64,000 nt of DNA from Alphaproteobacteria bacterium (GCA_965261585.1 CBDHDN010000029.1:195937-259936); one strand, 5' to 3'. Positions 8,867 through 19,336 are shown, numbered from the stretch's first letter. A program made the numbers and translations. The notes: generated by a model from the letters alone, not told the origin.

Positions 8867-9349
8867 GACAAACTTGTGTCCAAGGAACCGGGTGCGCTAC
8901 AGTCTAAGAACAAGGTGGATTAAGAATGACAAGAATAATAGAGATACGATCGTAAATTTAACCACAGTAAGAATATCGTAATTTTTTCTTCCGTAGCAAA
9001 CCTCAGATGATATCGTCATAATTTGGTCTCGACGCGGTTCTCAAATCTACGATTTCGCGCTCGACGGAACCGGGGTCGGTTTGAGTAAAGCCTCGATCGA
9101 CGAGAGCGGTCATCGGCTGCCGCGCGCCGTCCGCCTCGGTGGGGCAGATGCCCAAGTCCTTGCGCATCCAACCGACATTTCCCACGTGCTACTCAAGATC
9201 GGCCCTGGTTGTAGCCGAAAACCATGAACCGCATCTTGATCCAGCAGGACCAGTTCTCCGCTGACGGACTGCCCTTGGCGGCCGGTTTTGAACCGTTTCC
9301 ATCTCATCCGAACACACTTCTCCCTCCGTCATCCCGGCCGTACCTCCGT

Positions 9350-10017
9350 TCAACCCATCGCCAAGGATGGTCGTTGCAACTTGTCGATCCGCCGCGGAAT
9401 GTTCCGCAACAGGTCGCGAGGCACGACGGCCGCCGCCATCTGGAACGTGACGTAGCGGCCATGGCCGGCGACCTTCGCCCCGATCTTGACCAGCCTCTCC
9501 CTGATCGTGGTCAGCGGCCAGTGCTCCACCTGCCTTCGGCAACGCCAACATCCGCATGAAGTTGGCGAGATTGCAGGCCAGGGCGTAAAGCTGAAGCCGA
9601 ACCTCGTTGTTGCGGAACTTGCGGCATGACAGCCGCGTCCATTTGATGGCGTTATTGCCTTCCTCGATCCATTGCTCGGTGGTGCCTCGGTGATTGTAGA
9701 AGGCAGTCACCAGTCGGCAGGGCGGCTCGGGTACTCCATGCGTCCCAATTGGCTGGCGGAAGCCGCCCGCTTGGCAACAGCATGACCGCCAACGCATGGC
9801 CGGACCGTGCCCGAGGCGGTCGCGTCGTTCACGTCTTCATGGCCACCAAGCCGTCCGAACGTGGACTGGCGAAACGGCCCGGTCATTGCGTGCTGCCCGT
9901 TCTTCCCGGTTCGCGGATCGACAAGCTGTGCATCCGCCAAGGCAGCCAGCCGTAAGCCCCCTGGGCCATTCTGCGGTCTGGTCCGGACGCTTGAGACCAG
10001 GCGTCGGGATCAGACCA
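9350..10017 (-). pseudogene. IS1380-like transposase remnant (internal deletion plus frameshift)
   Basis: Contains FRQSTFGRLGGHEDVNDA (N-terminal type) and WTRLSCRKFRNNEVRLQLYALACNLANF. In another frame it reads VEHWPLTTIRERLVKIGAKVAGHGRYVTFQMA...stop at 9350. Far too short for a full transposase. Family assignment is from memory of motifs. Confidence 0.55.
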
Positions 10018-10410
10018 CTACGCCGGCGGCACGGGGCACGGGCGGCGCGCCTCGTCGATGGCGACGTAGGTGAATACGCCGTCCGTCACCTTCTCGTCGC
10101 CGCCGTCATGGCGGCGCTGGACCCACGCCTCCACCATGTAGGCCAGCGACGTGGTGCCGACGCGCCTGAGTGCGGCATAGGCGCTCAACACGTCGCCGAC
10201 GAAGACCGGCCTGTGGAACACCATGGCATCGATGGCCACGGTAACGACGCGGCCTTGGGCACGCCGCTCGGCCGCGATGCCGCCGGCAATGTCCATTTGC
10301 GCCAGCAGCCAGCCGCCGAAGATGTCGCCCGACGCATTGGTGTCGGCCGGCATGGCCCGCGTCCGCAGCATCAAGTCGCCGTGCGGCGCATTCGTCTTCC
10401 TATCGGCCAT
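10018..10410 (-). CDS. Acyl-CoA thioester hydrolase (hotdog fold, YciA-like)
   Basis: 130 aa MADRKTNAPHGDL...GDIFGGWLLAQMDIAGG...VFVGDV... pattern. Only the last 130 codons of track ORF 10018-12168 are taken as real. The rest is antisense to parE. Confidence 0.75.
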   Translation of the reverse strand: MADRKTNAPHGDLMLRTRAMPADTNASGDIFGGWLLAQMDIAGGIAAERRAQGRVVTVAIDAMVFHRPVFVGDVLSAYAALRRVGTTSLAYMVEAWVQRRHDGGDEKVTDGVFTYVAIDEARRPCPVPPA

Positions 10411-10524
10411 CCCACTCCCCATATCTGTCCGCGAGGCCATGGCCGGCGAATCCCTTGCCAGCCATCGGCACCACAATATATCGTGCGCCCGCACGATTCT
10501 GACACTGGATAAGGTAACCGACAT

Positions 10525-12528
10525 ATGGCGCGTGCCCGGCGGACAGGTACCGGCGACCTGTTCGCGACCGACTCGAAGGCGAAGACGAAGTACTCCGCCG
10601 AGGACATCGAGATCCTCGAGGGGCTGGAGCCGGTGCGGCGCCGCCCCGGCATGTATATCGGCGGTACCGACGAAGGCGGCCTGCATCACCTGGCCGCCGA
10701 AGTGCTGGACAACGCGATGGACGAGGCCGTCGCCGGCCACGCCTCGGCGATCGATGTCGAGCTCGCCGCCGACGGCACGCTGACCGTGCGCGACAACGGC
10801 CGCGGCATCCCGGTCGACCCGCATCCCAAGGTCAAGTCCAAGTCGGCGCTGGAGGTCATCTTCACCACCCTGCATGCCGGCGGCAAGTTCTCGGGCGAGG
10901 TTTATCAGACATCGGGCGGCCTGCACGGCGTCGGCATCAGCGTCGTCAACGCGCTGGCCGAATGGCTGCGCGTCGAGGTCGCGCGGGACCGCGTGCTGTG
11001 GACCCAGGAGTACTGCCGCGGCAAGCCGACGACGAAGCTGAAGCGGGCCGGCGCCGTGCAGAACCGCCGTGGCACGGTCGTCGCCTTTCGCCCCGATCCG
11101 AAGATCTTCGCCGATGTGGCCACGTTCAAGCCGCAGCGCCTCTACCGCCTGACGCGCTCCAAGGCCTACCTGTTCCGTGGCGTCGAGATCCGCTGGCAGT
11201 GCGACCCGGCGCTGGCGAAGGGCGCCGACGTGCCGCCGGCAGAGACGTTCCACTTTCCCGGCGGCCTCTTGGATTACATGCATACCGCCATGAACGACCG
11301 CCCGATGGTCGTGCCGCAGATGTTCAGCGGCGAGGCGCGCTCGGGCGATGGCCGTGTCGAATGGGCCGTGGCCTGGCCGGTCGACAGCGACGCGTTTTCG
11401 TCGACCTACTGCAACACCGTTCCGACTCCGGCCGGCGGCAGCCACGAGGCCGGCCTGCGCAGCGCCCTGGCCAAGGGCCTGCGCTCGTTCGGCGAGCTCG
11501 TCAACAACCGCCGCGCCAAGCAGGTCACGACCGACGACGTCGCCGACGGCACCGCCATGATGCTGTCCGTGTTCATCGCGAATCCACAGTTCCAGGGCCA
11601 GACCAAGGAGCGCCTGTCGATGCCCGAAGCGGCGCGGCTGGTCGAGAGCGTCGTCAAGGACCACTTCGACCACTGGCTGACGAACGACCGCCAGCGCGCC
11701 AGTGTGCTGCTCGACTGGGCCGTCGAGCGCGCGGACGAGCGCCTGCGCCGGCGCCAGAACCGCGAACTCATGCGCAAGACGGCAACGCGGCGGACGCGGC
11801 TGCCGGGCAAGCTGGCGGACTGTTCGCGTTCGAGCGCCGACGGCACCGAGCTGTTCCTGGTCGAGGGCGATTCGGCCGGCGGCTCGGCCAAGCAGGCGCG
11901 CAACCGCGAGGCCCAGGCGGTGCTGCCCTTGCGCGGCAAGATCCTCAATGTCGCCAGCGCCTCGATCGAGAAGCAGCGGGCCAATCAGGAGCTGCGCGAC
12001 CTTATCCAGGCGCTCGGCTGTGGCTCGGGCAAGGACTTCAAGCTGGCCGATCTGCGCTATGAGCGCGTCATCATCATGACCGATGCCGACGTCGACGGCG
12101 CCCATATCGCGGCGCTGCTGATGACGTTCTTCTATCGCGAGATGCCGGGGCTGATCGCCGCCGGGCACCTCTACCTGGCGGCACCACCGCTCTATCGGCT
12201 GAGCCAGGGCGGCGAGGTCGTGTTCGCCCTCGACGACGCCGACATGAAGCGCCTGATGGCCGAGCGCTTCAAGGGCCGCGGCAAGGTCGACATCAGCCGG
12301 TTCAAGGGCCTCGGCGAGATGCCGGCGGCCCAGCTGAAGGCCACGACGATGGACCCGGCGCGCCGCGTGCTGCTGCGCGTACAGGTGCCCAACGTAGCCG
12401 ATCCGAAGGAAAGCGCAGAGGCCAAGGAAACCGCCAGCCTGGTCGAGCGCCTGATGGGCCGCAAGCCGGAGGCGCGGTTCGCCTTCATTCAGGAGAACGC
12501 CCGCACCGCCCGCGACCTCGACGTTTAG
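10525..12528 (+). CDS. parE: DNA topoisomerase IV subunit B
   Basis: 667 aa with GHKL ATPase and Toprim motifs (EGDSAGGSAKQ, PLRGKILNV, IMTDADVDGAHI). The length fits ParE rather than GyrB. Confidence 0.9.
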   Translation: MARARRTGTGDLFATDSKAKTKYSAEDIEILEGLEPVRRRPGMYIGGTDEGGLHHLAAEVLDNAMDEAVAGHASAIDVELAADGTLTVRDNGRGIPVDPHPKVKSKSALEVIFTTLHAGGKFSGEVYQTSGGLHGVGISVVNALAEWLRVEVARDRVLWTQEYCRGKPTTKLKRAGAVQNRRGTVVAFRPDPKIFADVATFKPQRLYRLTRSKAYLFRGVEIRWQCDPALAKGADVPPAETFHFPGGLLDYMHTAMNDRPMVVPQMFSGEARSGDGRVEWAVAWPVDSDAFSSTYCNTVPTPAGGSHEAGLRSALAKGLRSFGELVNNRRAKQVTTDDVADGTAMMLSVFIANPQFQGQTKERLSMPEAARLVESVVKDHFDHWLTNDRQRASVLLDWAVERADERLRRRQNRELMRKTATRRTRLPGKLADCSRSSADGTELFLVEGDSAGGSAKQARNREAQAVLPLRGKILNVASASIEKQRANQELRDLIQALGCGSGKDFKLADLRYERVIIMTDADVDGAHIAALLMTFFYREMPGLIAAGHLYLAAPPLYRLSQGGEVVFALDDADMKRLMAERFKGRGKVDISRFKGLGEMPAAQLKATTMDPARRVLLRVQVPNVADPKESAEAKETASLVERLMGRKPEARFAFIQENARTARDLDV

Positions 12529-12581
12529 GCATAGCCCCGGCCTTGCTGGCGGCCGCGCGACCGTATATCGCAGGGGTGGTG

Positions 12582-13118
12582 ATGACCCGATACGCGTTGC
12601 TCCCGCTTCTTCTGCTGCTCACCGCCTGTACCGCCGGCGGCGGCGTTTTCGTGTCAGAGCGACGAACGAGCGCGGCAGGCTCGTCGTCATTCTCGTACAT
12701 CGCCGGCGGCCGCGACCTCGAAACGGCCGTCTTCGGCAACCCGTTCGGCGGCACCGACGCGGCGTTCGGCCGCCATGTCGCGACGACCTTCAACGAACGC
12801 AACTCGCGGGAGCCGACGAATTTCACGACGACCCCGGGGCCGAGCGCGCGGCCGAGCTATCGCCTGGTCGTCCTGTTCAATCCACAAACGACGGTCGTGG
12901 CGGTGCAACTGTGCCGCGCGCCGGAGACGGTGGCGCTGGCCCCGACGGCGCGCCCGCTGGTGCTGCAGCTGGCGCTGTGTGACGGCGACTTCAGCCTTGC
13001 CAGCCTGCGCGGCCGGCTCGCCGACGCCACGGGACCCGACGACCCGAGATTCGAGGAATTCCTCGAACAGGCGCTGTCGCTGCTGCTGCAGCCGAGCCTG
13101 CGCCGCCGGTTTCTCTAG
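12582..13118 (+). CDS. Putative lipoprotein, function unknown
   Basis: MTRYALLPLLLLLTAC lipobox-like signal. I chose the internal ATG at 12582 rather than the track start 12543. Confidence 0.55.
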   Translation: MTRYALLPLLLLLTACTAGGGVFVSERRTSAAGSSSFSYIAGGRDLETAVFGNPFGGTDAAFGRHVATTFNERNSREPTNFTTTPGPSARPSYRLVVLFNPQTTVVAVQLCRAPETVALAPTARPLVLQLALCDGDFSLASLRGRLADATGPDDPRFEEFLEQALSLLLQPSLRRRFL

Positions 13119-13215
13119 TCCGTTCAAGGATTGATTGAAGCGGCATTGCACACTATCTAAGTTGCAGTATGCAATTCCAGGGATCCGCAAGCGTCGGATC
13201 GGCTGTTCACCGCAC

Positions 13216-14697
13216 ATGACATTCGACCAACTGGGGCTAAGCCCGGACGTATTGCGCGCCGTCACCGACGCGGGATACACCGAACCGACTCCGATTCAGG
13301 AACAGGCAATCCCGCTGGTCCTCGCCGGCCGAGATCTTATCGGCATCGCCCAGACCGGCACCGGCAAGACCGCCGGCTTCACCCTGCCGATGATCGATAT
13401 CCTGGCCAAGGGGCGCGCCCGCGCCCGCATGCCGCGCTCCCTGATCCTGGAACCGACGCGCGAGCTTGCGGCGCAGGTCGCGAGCAATTTCGAGACCTAT
13501 GGCAAGTACGTGAAGCTGTCGATGGCGCTGGTCATCGGCGGTGTCGCCTTTTCCGAGCAGGAGCAGAAGCTGGGCCGCGGCGTCGACGTGCTGATTGCCA
13601 CGCCGGGCCGGCTGCTCGACCATTTCGAGCGTGGCAAGGTGCTGCTGGCCGATATCCGCGTGCTCGTGATCGACGAGGCCGACCGCATGCTGGACATGGG
13701 CTTCATCCCGGACGTGGAGCGCATCATCCGACTGCTGCCGCGCACCCGGCAAACACTGATGTTCTCGGCGACGATGCCGCCCGAGGTGCGCCGCCTGACC
13801 AAGGCCTATATGCGCGACCCGCAACAGACGCAGGCGGCGCCGCCGGCAACGACGGTGGACCAGGTGATTCAGCAGATCGCCATGGTCGCCGGAGATCCGA
13901 AAAGCAAGCGCCAAGCACTTCGTTCCCTGTTGCGGCAGGAGAACGTCAAGAACGGCATCATCTTCTGCAACCGCAAGCGCGACGTCGCGGTCGTTGACCG
14001 ATCGCTGAGAATGCATGAGTTCAATGCCGCGGCGCTGCACGGCGATATGCCCCAGTCATCGCGCACCGAGACGCTGGGGCGGTTCAAGAAGGAAGAGATC
14101 CGATTCCTGGTCGCCAGCGACGTCGCCGCCCGCGGCCTCGACATCGTCGAGATGAGCCATGTCTTCAACTACGACGTGCCAATCCACGCCGACGACTATG
14201 TCCACCGCATCGGCCGCACGGCGCGCGCCGGCCGCGAGGGCCACGCGATCACCCTGGTGACGCCGGCCGAGAAGAGGCAGCTGGCGGCGATCGAGAAATT
14301 GATCGGCCATCCGCTCGAGCGGCTTAGCGGGGTTGCCGAGAAAGAGATCCCGGACGCGCCAAAGCACAGTCGCGCCGACCGGGGTGGCACGGCCCGCCGC
14401 GGTGCCTGGCGCCGCGAGGAGCCCGGCGCCGACCGCCGGCGTGGCCGCGCGGCCAAGTCGCCGATGGAAGCCGATGCGGACGACGCGGTCAGCGTCGCGG
14501 AAGCGGTCCCATACGGGCCGAAGCAAGGACGTGTCGACCGCGGTGGCACGACGGGCCGCCGCGGTGCCAGGCGCCACGAGGAAGAGGCCGGCACCGAGCG
14601 CCGGCGTGGCCGCGCGGCCAAGTCGCCGACGGAAGCCGATGCCGACAGCGGGGTCGTCGGCATGGGCGATCACGTCCCCGCGTTTCTATTGCGCTAG
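13216..14697 (+). CDS. DEAD-box ATP-dependent RNA helicase with an Arg/Gly-rich duplicated tail
   Basis: Q-motif, AQTGTGKT, DEAD, SAT and HRIGRTARAG motifs. Start taken at MTFDQLGL. The C-terminal ~159-bp unit is duplicated in tandem (14371-14655). Confidence 0.9.
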   Translation: MTFDQLGLSPDVLRAVTDAGYTEPTPIQEQAIPLVLAGRDLIGIAQTGTGKTAGFTLPMIDILAKGRARARMPRSLILEPTRELAAQVASNFETYGKYVKLSMALVIGGVAFSEQEQKLGRGVDVLIATPGRLLDHFERGKVLLADIRVLVIDEADRMLDMGFIPDVERIIRLLPRTRQTLMFSATMPPEVRRLTKAYMRDPQQTQAAPPATTVDQVIQQIAMVAGDPKSKRQALRSLLRQENVKNGIIFCNRKRDVAVVDRSLRMHEFNAAALHGDMPQSSRTETLGRFKKEEIRFLVASDVAARGLDIVEMSHVFNYDVPIHADDYVHRIGRTARAGREGHAITLVTPAEKRQLAAIEKLIGHPLERLSGVAEKEIPDAPKHSRADRGGTARRGAWRREEPGADRRRGRAAKSPMEADADDAVSVAEAVPYGPKQGRVDRGGTTGRRGARRHEEEAGTERRRGRAAKSPTEADADSGVVGMGDHVPAFLLR

Positions 14698-14724
14698 CGG
14701 CACCGGCCCGATAGCGTCGGGTTC

Positions 14725-14967
14725 ATGCAGACGATCTTCGTGCAAGTGAAGTGCGGGCTGGGCAAGTCCTATGAGGTCGCCAACGAGTCCGTGCTGACGA
14801 TCGAGCAGGTCTCGGAGGTGCATTCGACCTCGGGCCAATACGACCTGCTGATGAAGTGCTATCTGCCCGACGAAATGGACATCGGTCACTTCGTCACCAG
14901 CCAGATCCAGACCCTGCCCGGCATCCGGGACACGTTCACCATCATCACGTTCAAGGCGTTTTCCTGA
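14725..14967 (+). CDS. Stand-alone Lrp/AsnC-type ligand-binding (RAM) domain protein
   Basis: 80 aa. The pattern EVHSTSGQYDLLMKCY...PGIRDTFTII resembles the C-terminal domain of Lrp/AsnC regulators, with no HTH. Confidence 0.6.
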   Translation: MQTIFVQVKCGLGKSYEVANESVLTIEQVSEVHSTSGQYDLLMKCYLPDEMDIGHFVTSQIQTLPGIRDTFTIITFKAFS

Positions 14968-15092
14968 CAACGACGCGCCCGCGTCCCCGATATTCCTTTG
15001 AGTTCAGCGCGTTAGGCCCTCCAACGCTCGGGATTGCTGATTTCCGTGTCGGCATCCCTTGCAACTTTGGTCACGCGGGATCAAGCACAGAC

Positions 15093-15804
15093 GTAACAGG
15101 GGCAAAAGGCCGGGCGGTCAGGCGGCGGCGCGCTGGCGGATGAGGTCTGGCAAGGGGAGGATGGGCGGCGCGCCGGGGATGTCGAGCCGGCTGCCGAGGT
15201 AGTCCCAGAACGAGACGCCGAGCTTGTCGCAGGTCTTCATCAAGCCGAGGAAGGCGTCGCGGCAGTCGCGGCCGGTCTCCGAGCGGGTGCCACCGCTGAT
15301 TTTGCGCCTTGTCACCTGGCAGCGGATGTCATTCTCCGAGCCGTTGGTGTGAAGCGGGATATCCGGCCGTTCGAGGGCGCGGAGCAACTTGACCTTGTTG
15401 GCGTGGAGCCTGGCGAGCAACCGGTCGAGGGTGGCAAAGCCGGTGGTGGTGGTGAACAGCCGGTCAAAGCGGGCCTGAAGCTCCCGCTTTCTGCGCGGAG
15501 TGGGATCGCGGCAATATGCCTTCAGGTCGGCGTAGAACCACCACACCCGCGCCCGGATCCGCGCACACGCCTGCCGCTGGCGGTGGTTGAAGCCGACCAG
15601 CTTGTGGATGAGCCGCTCGGCGTGGACCCAGCACAGCGCGTGAGAGCCGACGTTGAACTGGCCGGCGTCGTCGCTGACGATGACGGCATCCTTGAGCAAG
15701 CCATGGGCGACCACGCTGCCCCACAGCGCGCCTTCGGTGGCGATCTTCAGCGGATCGGGATGCACCCGGAGCCGGGTGATGCCGAGGCGCTCGAGATGGG
15801 CCAT
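15093..15804 (-). pseudogene. IS66-like transposase C-terminal fragment with element end
   Basis: LCWVHAERL and HTNGSENDIRCQVTRRK...TCDKLGVSFWDYL resemble the IS66 C-terminal region. The outer boundary starts GTAA (15093), as IS66 ends do. The N-terminal two thirds are missing. Family assignment is tentative. Confidence 0.5.
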
Positions 15805-15819
15805 CCACGCCTCGAGGGC

Positions 15820-16254
15820 TCGGCCGCCGCCCTGTTCTGGTACTTTCGCAACGCCCTGTTCTTCGAACAGGGCTTCGACAAGGACCCCCGCGTGCTGGTC
15901 ATGCGCTACGAGAGTCTCGTGACCAAACCAGACGAGGAGTTCCGGCGAGTCTGTGGCTTTCTCGGCCTGCCATATTCACGCCGCCTGACCCGGAAGATCT
16001 TCGCGTCCTCAATTGGCAGAAAGCCGGTGCCGCCGATCGACCCGCGGGTCGAGGATCTGTGCCGGGCGATGCTGGCCCGATTCGACCGCATCCTGAACGC
16101 ACCCATCCTGGACGCACCGAACGCCACCGCCCAGTGGTCTGATACCAGTGAGCCTATGAAATCAGCCTCATACCTCAACTCGTCATTGCCGGGCGTGACC
16201 CGGCAATCCATGGATGCCCGGGTCAAGCCCGGGCATGACGGGAGAGTCGGATGA
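15820..16254 (+). pseudogene. Sulfotransferase-family C-terminal fragment
   Basis: The tail of track ORF 15349-16254 (LFWYFRNALFFEQGFDKDPRVLVMRYESLVTKPDEEFRRVCGFLGLPY) looks sulfotransferase-like. The upstream part of that ORF is antisense to the IS66-like fragment. The left boundary is approximate. Confidence 0.45.
16181..16240. repeat. REP-like GC-rich compound palindrome
   Basis: CGTCATTGCCGGGCGTGACCCGGCAATCCATGGATGCCCGGGTCAAGCCCGGGCATGACG contains two hairpins inside an outer CGTCAT/ATGACG pair. It resembles intergenic palindromic repeats common in alphaproteobacteria. Confidence 0.6.
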
Positions 16255-16378
16255 TTGGCTCATTGGTATGATCCTTCGCTCGGTACCCCAAGCGCTAGGT
16301 GAACCAGCCCACAGAATCAATAGGCTGGTGGTTCGATTCAGCAGAAGGATGGGAACCATCCGTCGGCATCGAACCACT

Positions 16379-16782
16379 AGGGCCTGTTTACAATTAATGC
16401 AGCCAGATTATGGCAGCGCACAGACATAGCATGGACAGGAAAGAGGCTGCGGTTTTGTCGTAGCGGGTGGCGAGCCTTCGGAACTGCTTGATCTTGTTGA
16501 TGAAGCATTCGACGAGGTGGCGTTCTTTGTAGAGGTGTTTGTCGTAGGGGATCGCCATCGACCGGGAGCGGTTGGACGGGATCACGGCGACCATGCCGTG
16601 CTCTGCGATGACGTCGCGGAACTCGTTGGAGTCATAGGCCTTGTCGGCGAGCAGGTAGGCGCCGGTCAGGCCCTCGACGAGCGCTCTTGCCTGGGTGCTG
16701 TCATGCACCTGGCCGGCGGTGAGAACGAAGCGCAGGGGATTGCCAAGCCCGTCCACGACGATATGGATTTTGCTGCTTAGCC
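16379..16782 (-). pseudogene. IS5-family (IS427-like) transposase C-terminal half, cut by IS21
   Basis: ...SKIHIVVDGLGNPLRFVLTAGQVHDS...ADKAYDS...RHLVECFINKIKQFRRLATRYDK is an IS5-type DDE C-terminal region. The reading frame runs straight into the IS21 end at 16783. Confidence 0.75.
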
Positions 16783-16988
16783 TGTCAAACGGCTTTCAAT
16801 ATTGACCCCCGATCGGCGTACAAAATTGACCCCCCCTGAGCGGCACGGCGGAGGTTGTCCCGGTAGTCAATAGGGGGGGGACCCGCGCGGCTTCGTGTAG
16901 CGCCCTGCGCTACGCGGAGCGAAGCCGCGTGGGGGGGTGCCTGTTGGCCCACCGGGGCAACCGGGCCGCAGGCACGGCCGGCGCAGGC

Positions 16989-17717
16989 TCAGGAGCGGTT
17001 CTTGAAGCGCCAGCTCTCGTTGCCGGTCTCGATGATCTCGCAATGATGGGTGAGACGGTCGAGCAGCGCGATGGTCATCTTGGGGTCGCCGAAGACGGAT
17101 GGCCATTCGCCGAAGGCGAGGTTGGTGGTGATGACGATCGAAGTGCGCTCGTAGAGCCGGCTCATGAGGTGGAAGAGCAGCTGCCCGCCGGCCTGAGCGA
17201 AGGGCAGGTAGCCGAGTTCGTCGAGGATGACGAAGTTGCGTCGGACGAGCTGGTCTGCGGTGCGGCCCTGGCGCCCGGCACGGAGTTTGGCCTCGAGGTG
17301 GTTGACCAGGTCGACGACGTTGTAGCACCGGCCGCGTGCGCCCTTTCGGATGCAGGACCGCGCGATGGCGACGGCGAGATGGGTCTTGCCGGTGCCGGTG
17401 CCGCCGACCAGGACGATGTTGCGCTTGCCCTCCAGGAAGCCGCCGCCGGCGAGCTCCTGGATCAGGGGCTCGTTGACCGGCGAGGCGGCGAAGTCGAAGT
17501 CGGCCAGCTCCTTGGCCGTCGGCAGCCTGGCGGACGCCATCTGGTACTTGATGGAGCGCGCCTGCTTGTCGGCGATCTCGACCTGCAGCAGCGTACCGAT
17601 GATCTGCTGCACCGGATGGCGGCGCTTGAGCCCGTCGGCGAGGATATCGTCGTAGGCGGCGCGCATGCCTGCGAGCTTCAGCGCCGTCATCATCGCCAGC
17701 ACCTCATGACGCTCCAT
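16989..17717 (-). CDS. istB: IS21 helper ATPase IstB
   Basis: 242 aa. Walker [10 protein letters not shown] and DELGY box. Overlaps the istA stop. Confidence 0.9.
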   Translation of the reverse strand: MERHEVLAMMTALKLAGMRAAYDDILADGLKRRHPVQQIIGTLLQVEIADKQARSIKYQMASARLPTAKELADFDFAASPVNEPLIQELAGGGFLEGKRNIVLVGGTGTGKTHLAVAIARSCIRKGARGRCYNVVDLVNHLEAKLRAGRQGRTADQLVRRNFVILDELGYLPFAQAGGQLLFHLMSRLYERTSIVITTNLAFGEWPSVFGDPKMTIALLDRLTHHCEIIETGNESWRFKNRS

Positions 17718-19218
17718 GACCGGCCTCCCTCAGGCTGTCATAGCGCTGGCAATCGGCAACCGGCTGGTGACGGAGTTGCAGGCCCTCGGGCGTCGGGATG
17801 GTTGCCGGCGGCGCCGGCTGGCGCTGCCGGGAGAGGATGTTGAGCACGACGTCGGCGCTGCAGGCGCCGCAGTCGAGCGCTTCGGCGCAGGCCGCCTCGA
17901 CCGCCTCCAGTCCGTCCTCCAGCACGGCCGCGAGCACCTTGACGAACTGCCGGTCGCCGTCGTCGTGGCCCGCGAGCCGGGTTCGCAGGCGGCCGAGCGC
18001 GTTGGGCAACTGCCAGCCCTTGAAGGGCGCGCCATTGCGCAGCGCGCCGGGCTTCCTCGTCAGGATCGGCACGTAGTGCCACGGATCGTAGGCGACCTGG
18101 CCGCGCCCGAAGCTGCGGGGATGCTCGGCGACGATCTCGCCGTCCTGGCGGATGGCGATCCGATCGGCATAGGCCCGCACGTCCACCGGTCGCCCCACCG
18201 CGCGTGCCGCGACGCTGTACTGGTTGTTGTCGAAGCGCACCAGACAGGTCTTGGAAACCGCTACCTCAGTGGCATGGAAACCGTCGAAGGGGCCGCGGTA
18301 CGCCGTCAGGAAGGGCCGCTCCTCCTCGAACACCTGCCACACCGTCTTGCCCGGGATCGTCGGATGCGGATGCTTCTTGGCGTCCTTGATGCACCGATCC
18401 ATCAGCCACTCGTTGATCTCGGCGTAGGAGCGGCCCCGCGGGCTGGGCACGAACAGGCGGCCGCGAACGTCACCCACCTGCCTCTCGACCTGCCCCTTCT
18501 CCCAGCCAGCCCCTGGCGTGCACGCCACAGGCTCCACCAGATGGTGGATACACATCTCCTGGAAGCGGCGGTTGTAGTCCCGCTTCTTGCCCACGAACAC
18601 CGTGCTCACCGCCGTCTTCATGTTGTCGTAGATGCCTCGCCGGCAGACCCCGCCGAAGAAGCGGAAGGCGCGCTCATGCGCCTCGAACACCATCTCCTGG
18701 CTCTCGCGCGGGAAGCTCTGAACCAGCTGCATCCGGCTGTAGCAGAGCCGCATGTGCGCCGCCTTTACCCGGGTCGTCACACCCGACAGGCGCGCGTACT
18801 CGTGGCTCCAGTCGAACTGGTAGGCCTCGCCGGGATCGAAGCTCAGCGGCACAAAGGCCTGCGACGGCGACAACAGCCGCCACCGGCGCCGCCAGGCCCT
18901 GGCATAGCGCCGAACCGCGTCATAGCCGCCCTCATAGCCCAGCGACGCAAGGTCTTCATGAATCCGCAGAAGAGACAGCCGATCCTTGCGTGCCTTCTTC
19001 TCGTTGGCCTTCAGCTGGCGCTCAAGTTCCTCCACCCACGGCCCCAGCTTCGGCATCGGCTGGATCTTGCGCTCGTAGCTGAACGAGGTCTCATCGCCCC
19101 GCACCACCTTGCGCACCGTGTTCTTCGAAACCCTCAAATCCCGGGCGATCTTCTTGATCGGAACGCCCCTCACCAGATGATCCAGACGGATCTTCGCGAT
19201 CGTTTCCACTACCAGCAT
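17704..19218 (-). CDS. istA: IS21 transposase IstA
   Basis: N-terminal HTH ([18 protein letters not shown]) and a DDE core. Start taken at MLVVETIAK, preceded by a purine-rich RBS. The track ORF begins 18 codons earlier. Confidence 0.88.
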   Translation of the reverse strand: MLVVETIAKIRLDHLVRGVPIKKIARDLRVSKNTVRKVVRGDETSFSYERKIQPMPKLGPWVEELERQLKANEKKARKDRLSLLRIHEDLASLGYEGGYDAVRRYARAWRRRWRLLSPSQAFVPLSFDPGEAYQFDWSHEYARLSGVTTRVKAAHMRLCYSRMQLVQSFPRESQEMVFEAHERAFRFFGGVCRRGIYDNMKTAVSTVFVGKKRDYNRRFQEMCIHHLVEPVACTPGAGWEKGQVERQVGDVRGRLFVPSPRGRSYAEINEWLMDRCIKDAKKHPHPTIPGKTVWQVFEEERPFLTAYRGPFDGFHATEVAVSKTCLVRFDNNQYSVAARAVGRPVDVRAYADRIAIRQDGEIVAEHPRSFGRGQVAYDPWHYVPILTRKPGALRNGAPFKGWQLPNALGRLRTRLAGHDDGDRQFVKVLAAVLEDGLEAVEAACAEALDCGACSADVVLNILSRQRQPAPPATIPTPEGLQLRHQPVADCQRYDSLREAGHGAS

Positions 19219-19336
19219 CTCCCCCTCACCTCGTCCGTCCAATGACAAGGCGCGTTCATGGGCACAAACCATGGGGGGGTCAATTTTGGACGCCGATTAC
19301 CCCCAACAGGGGGTCAATTTTCCACGCTTAACAACA

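Larger units (their letters stand above)
7488..8901 (+). mobile_element. IS3/IS481-superfamily insertion sequence, 1414 bp, copy A
   Basis: Ends are TAAGTCGGACCCGATTTCCTTGGACACAG ... CTTGTGTCCAAGGAACCGGGTGCGCTACA (imperfect ~29-bp TIR). Flanked by the 14-bp direct repeat GTCTAAGAACAAGG (7474-7487 and 8902-8915). Near-identical copies start at 28120, 45753 and 53038. Confidence 0.9.
16783..19336 (-). mobile_element. IS21-family insertion sequence (type 1), complete
   Basis: istA+istB pair. Ends are TGTCAAACGGCTTTCAATATTGACCCC (16783-) and, reverse-complemented, TGTTGTTAAGCGTGGAAAATTGACCCC (-19336), with internal repeats of ATTGACCCC. The flanks do not match each other. Confidence 0.85.

Noticed and set aside
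9003-9307. 60-aa and 65-aa minus-strand ORFs between IS copy A and the IS1380-like remnant, considered as a toxin-antitoxin pair
   Set aside because: The two ORFs overlap in different frames, have no recognisable TA motifs and may be debris of the IS1380-like element end. They are mentioned only as possible first genes of the low-GC islet.
10411-12168. Upper part of the 716-aa minus-strand ORF 10018-12168
   Set aside because: It is antisense to the clearly real parE gene. Only the last 130 codons (10018-10410, a hotdog thioesterase) look genuine.
15349-15819. N-terminal half of plus-strand ORF 15349-16254
   Set aside because: It is antisense to the IS66-like transposase fragment. Only the distal part resembles a sulfotransferase.
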